Counted from the first letter of the whole stretch, positions 10,949-25,329 are shown. The stretch: DNA of 56,779 nt, filler included, from Sphacelaria rigidula (GCA_964200075.2; 7 parts of 7 records of this genome joined end to end with filler, not necessarily neighbours in it); one strand, 5' to 3'. Notes: generated from the sequence alone by a model not told the origin. A program made the numbers and translations.

Positions 10949-12373
10949 CAGTGTTGTTCCTTTTCGATAATATGGAGGAATTAGGGCACGAGACGTGTAA
11001 CTTCCAGTATATAATGTCATATTCCGAAGGTTTCAATTGTCTGAGACCAAGGCTAGAGATCATCACGGAAAGAGGGGCGGGCACTCCCACCATCAAAAGC
11101 TCGCCTCACGGGCGGTCTGCCAACGTGAAGAAAGCTGCATCGCTTGCGAGTTATGTAACAGCACAGATTGCAAGCGATTTATACTGGAAAAGCGTGCCGG
11201 CTCGGTAGTGCACGACGAAGTTCGTGAAGGGTTATGTACATACGGGCCCCACCCCGTCTGCACTGATCTGAACACAAGCGATACAGTATAGCTCATCATA
11301 TACTGCGGGCCGCCTGCGTTAGAGACTGCGCAGCACCCGCATCAGTGACGCCTGTAGTTGCACAACGTGCTCGATGCACAGCAGCAACGTGCAAGGTGAT
11401 ATGGCACACCGCAGAACGTAACATCCTTCGTATATCTCTGCCCTGCAGTGATTTCCACCTGTCTTCCGCAGTTCACCACAACATGTATCCAGCCGCTTCT
11501 GCTGCCGTTCCTGTGTACGGGTAATACCACCCGTCGCAGGTCCAGATTTTCGTAACCCGACCGCCTTGCTGCTGTACTCGACAGCAGATTTCAGTACTGT
11601 GCGCAGTACACTTTTTTAGAAGCTGAATAGAAGTATCTTGTCTATCTTGGTACATTTTCACATATAAAGTTGGGCAGTGGAACCGTGGCGTTCTCGTCAA
11701 AATATGGCCGAAGTGGAAGTGAGTAAATCACGGGAATATTCACGTGCAAAGCCTCTGCCTAGATAATTCAAGTTGATAAGGCTAGAAGAATACCAATGCA
11801 ACGCCCACTACGGCTGCCAGCCTGATTGCACTGCCGTGCCGGTAGGGGTGAGACTGTCTGTACCGGGATGTCGCCTCCAGTACCAGGTACGTCGGCAAGG
11901 GCCCGTCGCGCAACCCACTGGTCGCGCGACAGGAGCTTCACCTTCGACTGTCGACCGTTTTGGAGCGGAAACGTTCCCCTCCCAACCCTCATATATATAC
12001 TGTAGCGGACCATAAACGATGCTTGTTTGCTGGGTTTCCTCGAGCGTTCGTCCCTAACTGGGCGAAGATTGATGCTAGGGCGGCGGGATCCATTGCACAG
12101 TTAGCGTGCTCAACTGTCATTGTATCCACTATAATCGTCATCAGACAGAACGGTGTTGAAAAACGTGATCGTTCACCCTATGATTATCCACCGTATGAAT
12201 GCAGACCGGGCCATCAGCGACTTCCCCTGTTGTAGCTGTGACAGTGACACCTTCCTCTAATACCAATCTACACATCCTCCAAGCTTCGGCGTAATCTGAC
12301 GCGAGGTGCGGATGCTCTTCACGCCTGAGCTGCCAAAACACCGCCTCCATATTATCGAAAAGGAACAACACTG
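10949..12373. mobile_element. Non-autonomous DNA transposon, 1425 bp, perfect 30-bp TIRs, 4-bp TSD (TTTG)
   Basis: CAGTGTTGTTCCTTTTCGATAATATGGAGG at 10949-10978, its reverse complement at 12344-12373; TTTG on both flanks. Confidence 0.8.
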
Positions 12374-13187
12374 TTTGGGAAGCCACTAAAGAAATTCGTT
12401 TTTGTGAATCGGCATCATTTTTATTTGGACATGACTGCAAATAATGCCGATTCACGAAAACAGAAATCGTCAAGGGGTTCTAAAAGGGTTAATCCGGTAT
12501 AACGACGGAGCACCGTTATTGAGGGCCCCAATGACGCTGCAGCGCCGTTGTTGCGGATAACGGCAGGTCTCTGAATGACGGCAGATTACCTTTCCGGCAC
12601 ACCCTACCATTATATCGGGACCACGACTGTACAAAACGTGTGTTCTTTTGAGGCAAATGCTGGTATGTGAGGTCATTTTCGGAACATTTCTCAATCCATC
12701 ATGAAAAGGTAACGTTTTGACCCCCCCCCTCGGAAACGCATAATTTCATTCAAAAACCACGCGAAGCAGTCCAGTTGGGTACATGTACGCCAATGTATCG
12801 CTTTATCTACTGATTCTTGTATTCCGCAACTCCCCGTGATGTCGAGCGGGCCGCCAATACGGTGGGGGGAGCAGAACAAACGATTTGGGTACAAAAATGA
12901 ATTTTTCAACGTGTACAGCACACGAACGGGAAACCATGCACTGCACTGACGTAACTGCGGCTGCTCACCAATCCTTCTTTTTTTTTTTTCTTTCCTTGGC
13001 AAATCCTCAACTATTCCCTTTTCCGTTGGACAAGGATGTGGTCTCAAAGGATCAACCCATCGCTCCCCGGTTACCCGTGCACAAGAGCAAGCCTTAACAG
13101 CTCTACCTGCAGGCAGGGTGCTCCTCGTCCGCGAGGCAAGTCGCCTTCCCCGCCTCTCGTATAACATAATCCATCAATCCTTCACAC

Positions 13188-13289
13188 CTGAAATGCTGCC
13201 GCCGCTGCTCTTCGGACGTTCACTTCACGATCCAGTAACGCCGCGGAAAGCATGGAATCACAGAGTCCCGGCAAATGAGGCCCAAGCAC
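13188..13289 (-). CDS. TBCD: Tubulin-folding cofactor D, internal exon (VLGPHLPGLCDSMLSAALLDREVNVRRAAAAAFQ)
   Basis: CAG/GT boundaries, 102 nt, phase 0-0; DREVNxRRAA motif of TBCD. Confidence 0.9.
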
Positions 13290-13936
13290 CTGTCCCCCTC
13301 AAAACCACACCACAAGCAACAGAAAGCAGAGGTGGGGAGGATGGGGGTCGGGTGAGGGAAGTCTGGCAGAAAATATTTGGCACATTTGAAGCCCTCTCAC
13401 AATTTTAAATGGTAGTTCACGGGATGGAAACCTCACAGGGTCTTCGCAGGGCTGAAACGGGATGGTCGATTCCATCCATTCCCGGCGAAATGTTTCGGGT
13501 CCAGTCGCGTCTCGACAACTCTTCTTTTTTTTCCTACCCTGTCCGGTTATATTTCAGGCAAGCGCTCATCCCGTTCTGTTATCTTCAGGCAAGGGAAAAA
13601 GTGCCCATCCCGTCCCGTCCCGTCCCGTCACATCCTGTGCCGTGAAAAGTCCTCTTATGTGCCAATAGTGAGGGTAGGGGTGGCTGGCTGCATGTCATGA
13701 CTGCTGTACTGCACCCACACCAAATACAACAAGAAGCTATAAAAAATGTCAGAGAACACCGCCGCCGTTCCTCCACGCAGTAGCAACGCCCGCAGGAGGA
13801 GGGGGGGGGGGCGCAGAAGAGAATCTGTAACGTTTCACATAAGAGAACACATTCAAGAAGTATTGCCCCACTTTTCATTGCTGTTTCTCCGGGGGGCCAA
13901 GCAAAAATGCACAATATTTCGTTCTCGAGACTTTCA

Positions 13937-14290
<354 letters not shown>

Positions 14291-15024
14291 TTACATGCAC
14301 TCGAGTTCCGCCTCGTGGCCGGTATTTTTCTGTTGATTTACCTCGGGGGCGCCTATTCTGTGATCACCTCTGGACTGGTGGCGGGTCAGCTAGTATGAGA
14401 GGATCAATTGTTCGATCAAACCAAAATTGTGTCTGTCTTACCGTACTGATTTCATGAAGATGTGACTCGGTGAAAAACGGTTTGTATCATATGGAACCAA
14501 CCAGCACTGAGTCATCGAACATTGCACATGCAGAGCAAGTTTCGTCTTTCGTTTGTATCATAGCATCCTGCTTCTTGCTTGCCAGCATCGCTCTCTAGTT
14601 TGCGTACTTACTTCCAGCAGATGGAGCATGGATCGCTCAGCCATTGCACCGACTCCTATGCGCCACCAACTCAACGTTACGCACAACGGTACATGACAAG
14701 TGTTACTGGAATTTCTTGTCAATGTTTCACCTACGGAAATCGCCGACGCTCGCAGTGCCACACACTTGTACAGTACCACCACTTTTTTGTTATTTCTCCA
14801 CGCCTTTGTTGGTCCAACCACGGGGGAAATGGGTGGCGTAATCGTTTAGTGGCGCATCACCATCGTACAGCAAAGTCATCCGACGAACATGCCATTTTCC
14901 TATCAGCAGAGCTCCCATCAATGCCAAATATGTACGTGCTGGTATGTCAACAAATATCACCTACACAGCTCTTCTTTTTCGTACTTCCGGTAGGTATGGA
15001 AAATGACCCGCTCGTATGCTGTCA

Positions 15025-15150
<126 letters not shown>

Positions 15151-16153
15151 TCACAGTAAGAACAATGAGGAGAATGAAGCTGATTGATGATCGCAGACGC
15201 AACATGTCGATCATAATGGATCCAATCGATTGCCATGATCAACCGACCAATCAGATCAATCACATCGAACATAGCCATCAAACCTCCACGAACATCAAGC
15301 AAGTCGGATAGAATCAACACGTACAGCCATACACACCAGAAATGGATCAACGAGAGAAGAACCGAAAATCGAACCGATTAGCCGATTAACCGGATCGACT
15401 ATATCGCTAAAATCAAGCAGGGCAAGCCAAGTTCCAGCGTCGATCGAACATCGATGGGTACATACTAATTGATCAACTCGATCACCAGATCAATCAGACC
15501 AAACCGATCAATCATACACTGTTTGGCACGCACAGCCACGAGCCAGACGCAAGACGTTCAAAAAGGGGACTAATTGAAACTTTCGCCAGTTGATGCAGCA
15601 GCTCTTGCAGTGCTGTGAATGATAACAACGCACAAGCCCTCTGTTACCCTGCCTGGAACTCAGAACAGAAGATGATCCAGACCCGTCGCTTCATTTTTTT
15701 CAGAGCAAAGGTTAGAGGGGTGGCACAATTCAGGCCTGTCTTCTGCACACCAACAACGCGATGTTGAAGCTCGCACGTGCCTACATCAGAGACCGACTGA
15801 AGCAACAGTGCTCGATCCCGCTCAGACAGGCTGTCGAACGCTCAGAGCACGTCAAGAACCGTCTCGACACGCCCCGATAAAACGAGGAAAGTGGTCACAA
15901 TGCTTGGAAAGATCACGTATGTATTACACGAACGAGGAATGATGCCGATTCGACGACAAGAAAAAAAAAAACACGACCGCTAATCGAAATTCCGACGAAA
16001 GGACGGGAAACAAAGAAAAAGGGGGGACTTCACCAGGGTTGTATATCGACATCGACGCACCAGTTACCATCGTTCGGTGTACATCCTCTGTCCCATAAGC
16101 AAAGTCCATTATGGGCTTTTAACCGTTTGTGCATTCAAACTCTTCCGATCATC

Positions 16154-16253
16154 NNNNNNNNNNNNNNNNNNNNNNNNNNNNNNNNNNNNNNNNNNNNTTA
16201 ATTAATTAANNNNNNNNNNNNNNNNNNNNNNNNNNNNNNNNNNNNNNNNNNNN
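16154..16253. other. Artificial contig-joining spacer
   Basis: N44-TTAATTAATTAA-N44. Confidence 0.97.
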
Positions 16254-17964
16254 GCTGAAAACAAAGCCTAAGGATTGATTCGCACGATTCGAATCAAATA
16301 TACTAAAACCAAGTAATTTCCAGACGAATCATTATTTGTCCGACCCCTGAAAGTACTGCTATCGTTTTCTCTCCGAGGCCTATTTACCATCGCGTGCGCC
16401 AAACATATCTTGATAATGTACGCAGATTTACGAACCCAGCTTGCGCTCTTACGGTTCTCGGGTGTTTTGTAGTCAAAAGGTGCGTTGCTCTATGGCGCCG
16501 ATCTGGGACAAAAAATGCATTGCGGTACCGCGCGTACGCGGGAAACCGAGTATTATGAAAACCGAGGAGAAGTGTGTATAAATATCCGGATCTCGGCTTC
16601 TGCAGGCCTATTATCGCACTTTTGTGACTTCGTAGTATCGGAGCGGTCGTGGGCAGTGACTTCGTAGTGTCGGCTACCGGCGTTGCACCCACTACGGATG
16701 TTCTTGGTCCTGACGAGGTAGGTATTCAACTTGAACCTTTCTGTCGATATGTGCGCACCAGCACTCACACGTGCAAACTGGGGGCGAGGGTAAAGAAGAG
16801 TTTTTCTCTGACTTATCGGGGTTTTTTCAGGGTCAACGTTTGGTTCCGGGGTGGGTAATCTATCTGCTGAATCGGCATCAATGTCACTCGAAAACTGAGC
16901 TACGAGACCCATGTCACTCATCGTGGCAGTCGACGGGGAGGTTGGTTCATCACCTCGTACTCCTCGGGGGTCATAACTCGATGCGAAAGATGATGCCATT
17001 TGCGAGTGGACTACATCATGGTGCCTGCCTGTGAACGCATAAGAGAAATCATCAAAATATTGACACCCTCACTGTATACCCTTAGGATAGTCGGGAGCAT
17101 CATCGTTCGTTCTCCACGGGATAAGACGGTTAATACCACCCCCAGGGACGGCTACTTTCTTATCTCCGGAAAAAAAACTGTGGCCGCCAAACCTCCACAT
17201 GACAGATCACAAATACATTGAAGATTTCTTCTATAGAGTCGATGCACTAAACCTTCGACTTCGGATGAGGTTTTGAATGTACTGGAAGGGCCGAAACAGA
17301 AGCGGGGCAACATTAGCGCGCAAGGTGATTTAAATTAAAATGCATTGGTTGGGACCCGTCGGTCCAAGTGCTGAAGCTTCACTTGACTCGGCGTTTGTGA
17401 TGCCTGACTCGACCCCCGTTCTTGAATCTAAGTTATAACCCCCCCCCCCCCCACCTCCCCGCTAGTTCGGTAGCGTAGATGCGATTTCCGTGTTGCCTTC
17501 GTTGACTACGTGCTTGGTGTACCCCGACTTGGCATTGTCGGTCGTGAAATGGATAATTTCTAGATGAGAAAACGGCTGATTTATTTAGAAAAAAAAAACA
17601 GACTCCAATTTCTCCACCCATTTTTTAGTTGGGATACGTGTCGTGTGGTCGATTCATGTCACGGTTGGACCCGCGAGACGTGAGCTTGAATCACCGCGGA
17701 AGTGTACGTGTTTCGAATGCTTAATTCAGTGAAAATAACGAGCAGGCAGGGTCTTGGTGACACGGGATGCTAGGCTTCAATTCATGTTATGTTCCAGGGG
17801 TTGGACGATGAACGATGTGCTTTTTTGTTTTTCATCAAGTATCTTGGAATCGATACACTGAGAGTCGTCGAAAACTTCGTATATATAATATGAACAGGAG
17901 TGTGCGCGGTATATATGTGAGTATCATGTTGCGTACAGTACCATGTTTTTTTATCGCTCATGTT

Positions 17965-18312
17965 GTATGTGTTGTCGTCCCATCTATTCTGGACGCCAGT
18001 CTGCACCTTTCGGTATATGTGGACGCACCAGCCGGGGTTAGACAGGAGGAAGGTCAACAAAAGAGCTTCTTTTTTATTTGTTTTTAGTACCTCACCTTCC
18101 TTCTGCGGTGCTTGCCTTTCTTTTTCATAGCGAGAGGAGTTCAGCAGTCTCTTTCCCTCGTCGACCGTCACGTCGATTTGTGTACCCACGTAGTCGCTCT
18201 TCACTGTTGGGCATGGTGTGAGAAAACATCCCAGATCGCTCCGAGAACTGAACCCACGACCCAACCGTCAGAAGGTTTCAAGGTTACCCATCGAACGCCA
18301 CCGGGGCGTTCC
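17965..18312 (-). mobile_element. tRNA-derived SINE copy, inverted
   Basis: Reverse complement matches the copies at 21402 and 23321 (head CGCCCCGGTGG...GACGGTTGGGTCGTGGGTT). Confidence 0.7.
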
Positions 18313-19133
18313 CGGAATTTTTTTTCATGAGTAGTTTGTACTAAAACCGCTGGTGGTGGTTTCTTTTTCTCCTTTTTTTTTTGCAGGTGGTATTTTGGAA
18401 TCACTCTGCCGAGCGTGGCGGCGGAAGTCGCCAGAACTCCTTTGTATTTTTAGTACAAAAATGTGCGCGGTATTCTATTCATGTAAGAGTTATGTTGCGT
18501 ATAGTACTATGTTTTTTCTCTCCTGGAATCTTATTTTTATGGGTAATTTGTACTAAAACTGCTGGCGGTAGTTTCTTTTTCTCGTGGTAATTATGTTTTT
18601 TTCCAGGTGGTTGAACTAAAATCGCACTTGGAGGTGGCTGCTGAGGAGCTGTCCGGAATGGAGCGCTCGAGTTCGAATTGGCGTGAAAAGTCACGGGTAC
18701 GCGGAGTTTGCAAGGGTACAAAAGCGTGTTGTGCTCGGTATACCCGATATCCTGATAATTTGAAGGATGGAGATCCGACCTGTACCCGAAGCAGCAGGTA
18801 GCCCTGTGCCGTCATTCCTCTCTCTAGAAAGCCCATACAAGTCATTTCGACTTATTCAGGCCCAAATATCAAAATATCGGGTATGCCCTACTATCCGACG
18901 TCCCCATGAAAGTGTAGGACGACCCAATCGAGGTTTTTTTTCCCGTCGCACTTCCAACCCTTCCCCTCCACGTGGGGAAGAGTCCCTGGTCTCAAGGGAT
19001 CAACTCGTCTCTCCCCGGTAGAGTACACGCCCTGCATTTCGTTCTCGCGGATTGGATCAGCACTCCGGCACCGCGTCGACTCTCCTCAAACAAACTCTGT
19101 CGGAAAAGAAATGATTTTTTTTTTTGCGTACGC

Positions 19134-19403
19134 ACCATACCCTGGGCAACACAACAGATTGACATTTGTCGAAAAGTGTACCACGTACAGTACCGACGTC
19201 GTCCTTGTTGTCCGTACATGAGATGGATTCGTTTCTTGTTTTTGCTAGCCTGTGACCACGGAAGGCGTCCGCATCAGATGTCCAGTACGAATGTACCGCG
19301 CAGATATCGGAACGGTTTTTAATGTGAAGACAACAACGGATCCCGTACTGTACGCAGTACGCTCCCTGATGAATGTAACTACTGTCATTATCCAGGATGT
19401 GGT
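19134..19403. mobile_element. MITE (CCAYRCCCTGG...CCAGGRYGTGG family) interrupted by a (CAA)-tail retroposon at ~19200-19338
   Basis: Termini and GTACTGCGTACAGTA-type inner palindrome shared with the copy at 51317-51456; similar termini at 34624-34997 and 52135-52292. Confidence 0.55.
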
Positions 19404-21401
19404 ACTGACGACTTCACGCCTTCAACGTCGTGATTAATGGGATGCGTAGCAAGGAAGTATCCCAAACGCATGTGATGGAAATCGAACCGGCTCACGGCGC
19501 TGGTCTTGGATTTTTCGTCGTATATCTATGGTTGAATGTTTCGACCAAACTGACGAAAACGCTAGCCCTAACCCTAACCTCGACCCAAGGCGTACGAGAC
19601 CCTCGGGCAAGAGGGGTGCATAGGGTTAGGATTAGGCAAAGTGTGAGTTCTGATGTCGACGCCGCAGGCGCTGATTTCGACAAAAAAACACGTTCTGGAC
19701 CAGGTAGGTCCACTGCTCATCTGCTCCGAACCACATATTTTCTCAGAACTTTCTCAAGTCTATGATCAAGTAGTCATGTTGTCAACCATGGATTTACGAC
19801 CAAAGCTTCAGGTCTACTGGTACTCATGCATGCACCCCTGAAATGTCCTACAGAATCTGCCCCCCCGTATGTGACTCTTTTTTTTTTTCGTGTCTCGTCA
19901 TCTCTCCCGTTCCTCCCGATGAGTGCGTTGTATTCGGGAGTCAGCCCATCCCCCCACTCGAATGGTCGCGGTGCGCCGCCTCGAAGGGGTTCGTGGTTAG
20001 TGTTCAATGTTCAAATGACTGGAGCAATCAACAAATAAGTACGCGCCTCCCCCTCCCCCCGCGGTACGGTACGGTACGGTACGGTACCCGCCTGGCATTT
20101 CGGCGTGGCCGGTTGGATCAGCTCTCTCTCTTTTGTTTGCTCTGTGCGTTCCAACGTTTTCAACGATGGGAACCAGGTTTTGCTTGGAAAAAGATAGGAA
20201 CAGTTCCTGGGGGGAAGGGGGGAGTTTATACTAGCCCACAATATTGCTCTGACTGACTGCTTATTGGGATGCTAGTTTTCGGCAGTTTATGTGTATGGGT
20301 CATGATGAAATAATTGAACTAAATTCAGCAACTTTTTCGTTGTTTTTCGTTATTCTGGTCGGGACTTGCACTGGAAACGCGCGCGCTACGAACTCAGTCG
20401 TACAAAGCTTTTTTTTTCGCCGTGTACTCGCTGTTCAGGAAGCGAACAGCTTACCCGTTGAACCAGTGAGCGCGTACCCCCACGCTATTGAGATGACTGG
20501 AAATGGGTAATGATTTTTCAAGAAAAAGGCCAAATATACCTGGTGGGAATCGAACCATGTTCTTTTGAACCCTGATTGTGCCAGGTGTTCACTAGACTCC
20601 CGGGGCGCGACGCACAGTACGGGAATAGGAATCCATATTTTGTGTAACTCCCAAGTGCATATGTACAGGAAGCCAACAGGTGAGGTAAACCGATCGTGTC
20701 CTACTCCTCTCGCTTGTCGGGTGAGGCATTGGTATCCAGGTGACTTCAAGACTCAAACGCCCCCCACTGATGATTTCCATTGATAACCACATCAGTTCCA
20801 CCTTTCTGACTCATGGTCAACTCGTACCGATTTTGTCGGAGTCATTGCCCAATTTTTCCTGCTCCCACTCCGGGAACCTACTTTCGGTACGTTAACCAAT
20901 CATGTGTTTTTCGGAGGTGTAACTATTACACACCTCGGACAATATATTACCAGTAGTTGTAGTAGACAAAAAACGTACTGCATCAAGCATAGGCCTATTG
21001 CCACTACTGTCGGCCGGCAATAGTTGCAATAGGCCTATACTTGATGCAGTCCACTTCTCTTCTATTGCAACTATTGACCATATAGTGTCAAGGGTGTGAA
21101 TTATCATTACGTTTCTCAGCGTAATTTACTTGAGTGAAGTTAAATAACCCGACCCCCAAACCCCCCTATATCCCGAAGTTTGGCCCGAGCGCAGAGTTGG
21201 GATGTGATGCCATTTTTTTCTCACCTGTGCGAAATTCGTTTTCGATTTTTTGTTGTTCAACACACAGAGACGTATGGGGAAAACAGACCTTTTGCTTTGA
21301 ATGATGAAATGTGTTGTGTGTGGGCGAGAATACTTCTGCACATCCGCCGGGGCCACGACTGACGATTCACTGGTCGAATGATTGAGTTGATCGCCGTACT
21401 T

Positions 21402-21789
21402 GCCGGTCGCCCCGGTGGCTCAGTTGGTAACCTCGAAACCTTGTGACGGTTGGGTCGTGGGTTCGAATCTCGTTGCAGTCACACGGTCTAGGATTTTTTC
21501 TCCCACACGGCCCAACAGTGGGGAGCGACTATGTCGTGGGTACACAGTATTCGACTTCACGGTCGACGAGGGAAAGGGGCTGCTAAACCCCACTCGTGGC
21601 AGAAAATAAGACGAGCACCGCACAAGGACGGTACAATTCTAAAACCAGATGAAAAAAAAACACTCCTTGGATGACCTTCCTCCTGTATGGCCCCGGCTCA
21701 TGCGCCCACACACACATACCGAAAGGTGTATACTGGCGACCATAATGGATGGTATGACAACGTGCGCGCGCGCACACACACACACACAC
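21402..21789 (+). mobile_element. tRNA-derived SINE with Pol III A and B boxes and a (CA)n tail
   Basis: A box TGGCTCAGTTGG (21416-21427), B box GGTTCGAATC (21460-21469); body shared with 23321-23680, 17965-18312 and ~8315-8625. Confidence 0.78.
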
Positions 21790-23320
21790 TGCAACTAATC
21801 CTTCAGGAATCCAGCCGTGGACTCATAATCGACTTACCTGAGACATGGAACAGAGCCGAGTCCTCCCATGTGGTCCCCCACCCTACTACTAGCCTGGCCC
21901 GAGACCGCTCAATATCACAGAGCGGACGGGATGTGTTGCAATCCACGCGAGATGGCTGTTCGTAGGAAGGCGTTGGAAATGCAGACTCGAGCTCATAGCT
22001 TGCGGTAAGCTCTCTCTCTCTCTGTCGCCGCACTACGCCAAAGTCTCATTTTTTTTTCGAGATTTGAAGCCCTCATTATTGATCGCTCTCTACATGAATA
22101 CCACGCGCTTGGTTGCCAGCCCCTCTCACCCGTATCGAATTCGCGCACCCCTGGACAACCATTATACAACTCGTAACTAAAATAGGTGCCCTCCAAATGA
22201 CTAGCTGTTCTTATCCTTCCTTTTCTGTTTTCCCTTGCGTTCTCTGTCCGACCGTTATTCTGGTGCGGTTGTGTTTTGGAATGGCGTCACGGCGGTTACG
22301 TGAGCCCAGGTGCTGGAAAAGCAGTTATCCAATGGCAGCGTTGAACAAGATGAGGTGAGCGTCGTCAAATCTTGACGGAGGATAGAGTGTACTCATGATC
22401 TTGTATGCCATAGTCGTAAGACCATTGACCTCGCATCCCTACAGAGCCGGGACGGAGCACGCCGTGTTTTTGCCGGACCAAGCTTGCACTCAATCACCAA
22501 GCGCGAAGCGCCGTCTGGTGTTCGGCGTAGAGAGTTACGAAGTATGATGGCGAGAATAACTTCACTGACAAAACTTGTGAACATCTTTAAACTTTTCAGT
22601 CTAAGAGAAAGAAATGAACAAAAAAAGTATATTCGTGATCCTCGCCCCCGAAAACTAGTCGGATATATTTTTTTGTTGCTGGCTGATCACGAGTATGAAC
22701 ATTTTAATTCATGCGCGAAAATTAAGGATACGAAACAAGCATATTTCAGGTAGCGTCAAGAACACCAAGCACGAGTAGTAAAGTCGATGAAGATGTGGTA
22801 TGTAAAAGGTATATTGTAGGTCATGTTTTTTCTGCGGTATAAGGCGGAATGAGGTGAAACATTGACGTCTTTGGTTGGTCTGACACATCCTGTACATCAG
22901 CAGGGACATGGTCATTACTGGCTTTTTTTTCGATACACAAATTGATTGATTATTTTGGTTGTCGCACTTAACCGCACGCTTTATCAAGCTTCCTGGCATT
23001 CAGGCGCAACTGCACCCGTGACATAGCCAGGCAGAAAGCAGTGCAATATCGAGTCGAAAATCTATCATGCCAGGATTTTCACGGAACCGGCGTACGAGCA
23101 GGGGTTTGTGGAGAGACCTGGTACGAGCCTCGGCTGTTGATCTGTCTCCTTCCCCGCCACTGTATCGCCGGCTCATACATTTTATTCACGTGTGTTTTTA
23201 TCGTGACCGGTGACCTCAACTTTTGCGAGTTCTTCGATGGCGTAGCGTGCCGATCTTGTGAGTCAGGCAATCTTCCCCTCCGCTTTCGGTCATTTCCTGA
23301 CGTTTTATTTGGGTACATGA

Positions 23321-23680
23321 GCCGGTCGCCCCGGTGGCTTAGTTGGTAACCCCGAGACCTTCTGACGGTTGGGTCGTGGGTTGAGTTGTCGGAGTGATCT
23401 GGAATTTTTCTTACACCATATCCAACAGTGGAGAGCGACTATGTCGTCGGTACACTAAATTCGACGTAACGGTCGACGAGGGAAAGGGAAAGCTGAACCC
23501 CTCTCGCAATAAAAATAATAAAGGCAAGCACCGCGGAAGGAAGGGGGGTACTAAAAACAAATACAAAGGAAAAAATTGCTGTGTCGACCTTCCTCCTGTG
23601 TGACGCCGGCTGATGCGCCCACATATACCGAAAGGTGTAGACTGGCGTCCACAATAGATGGGATGACAACACACACACAC
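23321..23680 (+). mobile_element. tRNA-derived SINE copy
   Basis: GCCGGTCGCCCCGGTGGCTTAGTTGG head, same body as the 21402 copy, (CA)n tail. Confidence 0.75.
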
Positions 23681-24279
23681 TTTAACTGACCCCCAGGGAT
23701 CCACCCGTGGTCACATAATAGACGTACCCCCAAGACAAAACAAAACTGACACCCTGGCTGAAGAAGAAGGAACAGAAAAAGTCGAACGGAACAACATGGG
23801 AGACGAAGATGTAAAAATACGAGCAGCTTTCGAGATCCACGTCGGTGCGATGCATTGGTTGAACCCACCGTGACTCGAAGGAATAAGCGAGGGTTCGACG
23901 AAGAACGATTCGTCTGGAATTGACTTCCCTCTAGTGCAGTTGATTCGTACAGTACGAATCAACCCTCGGGCTTTGTTTTCGGGGTCGCACACGAGGCGCG
24001 TGGAAGAGAGGGAGATTGACGTGGAGACGTTTTGGACTCGCGGTCAACTTGTGTAAAAACCACACCCTGGACAAGAGATGACGAAAAGTCATGGAGTTTA
24101 CTGCGTATAGTATCGCCTATTGCGTTTATCGCAGTTCACTTTTTGACGAATGTAATCTTTCACGGTTGGGACAAATTATCACGACTCAAAATCACCAAAT
24201 TCACGATTTGTTCGGCCTGATTGCCCAACAGGGAGGAAAGAAGTTGATCGCTGGTCCGAGAGGTATCCACGCAAGTTTT

Positions 24280-24379
24280 NNNNNNNNNNNNNNNNNNNNN
24301 NNNNNNNNNNNNNNNNNNNNNNNTTAATTAATTAANNNNNNNNNNNNNNNNNNNNNNNNNNNNNNNNNNNNNNNNNNNN
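24280..24379. other. Artificial contig-joining spacer
   Basis: N44-TTAATTAATTAA-N44. Confidence 0.97.
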
Positions 24380-24744
24380 CTCGTCGGGCATGACACGAAC
24401 GGTACCCGTCTTAGTCATGCCCGACGAGCACCCTCACCCCCTTCACCCTGTCGGGCATGATCAGGATGCTGTTCCTCGCGCAAGACGTGGAATCCGTGCG
24501 CTGCCACCTTTTTCCCGGTGGTGTAGAGGAACAAGAGTGCTCACCCGACAAACTTCTCTCGATTCTTCGACATACTGAACATGACGCGCTACGGGTTTAG
24601 CTCCACATGTTACTTCTTCCGAATAAGAACTTGTCCTCCGTACTTCTGCTACAAACAGTTCGCAAGCCGGGTTACCCACCTGAGCCTCAGTTCAGAGTCA
24701 AATCTCAACTCGCACAATTTGCTGATATATGCATACAGAAAGAA

Positions 24745-25184
24745 GACGGGATATTACAAATTGGGGATGAATTTGTTTTTGGGGATGAAAAACCCGGAGA
24801 ATAAACATCTTCGCATCCACACCAACTCTTCGAAGCACTGTTCCATTTTCTCACCTACTGATAGCTATTGACAACTGCTACACGCCACAGAAATTTGGAT
24901 TTCGATCACCGAGATGTTGGGGTCCTAGGTGAAAAACCAATTTCGGAACCATTTTTGCGTCCGGTGGGAAACCCGGAATTCCCGAAAATTGCTTGTTCAC
25001 CCAAGACCCCAACATCTCGGTGCTCGAAATCCAAATTTCTATGGCGTGTAGTAGTTGTCAATAGCCATCAGTAGGCGAGGAAATGGAACAGTATTTCGAA
25101 GAGTTGGTGTGGATACGAAGGTTTTATCTCTCCGGGTTTCCCGTCCCCAATAAAAAATCCATCCCCAGTTTGTAAGATCCCGTG
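24745..25184. mobile_element. Almost fully palindromic MITE (~440 bp), copy 1
   Basis: ACGGGATATTACAAATTGGGGATG ... CATCCCCAGTTTGTAAGATCCCGTG; arms pair over most of the length; second copy at 26933-27374. Confidence 0.85.
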
Positions 25185-25329
25185 CTAAAGAGTGTTGAGC
25201 ACAACTTACACAGACAGCGAGTAGCACGAACAACATAAAACAAACGTGACGTGTATCCGGCTTGCACGGAAGTTCAGAGCAGGAGAAGGGAGCAAGCATG
25301 AAATGCAGCAGGAGAGGAACTTACAGAGA

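Noticed and set aside
16553..16999. 148-aa ORF as a gene
   Set aside because: No recognisable domain; lies beside a dispersed repeat also seen at ~8865-8960 and ~23890-23985, so probably TE-internal
21402..21480. tRNA gene
   Set aside because: Has A and B boxes but no convincing acceptor stem, and continues into a body shared by dispersed copies; it is a SINE head
20439..22354. Possible plus-strand exons at 20439-20506 and 22310-22354
   Set aside because: Splice sites are plausible but the peptides match nothing I recognise; cannot be supported without RNA data
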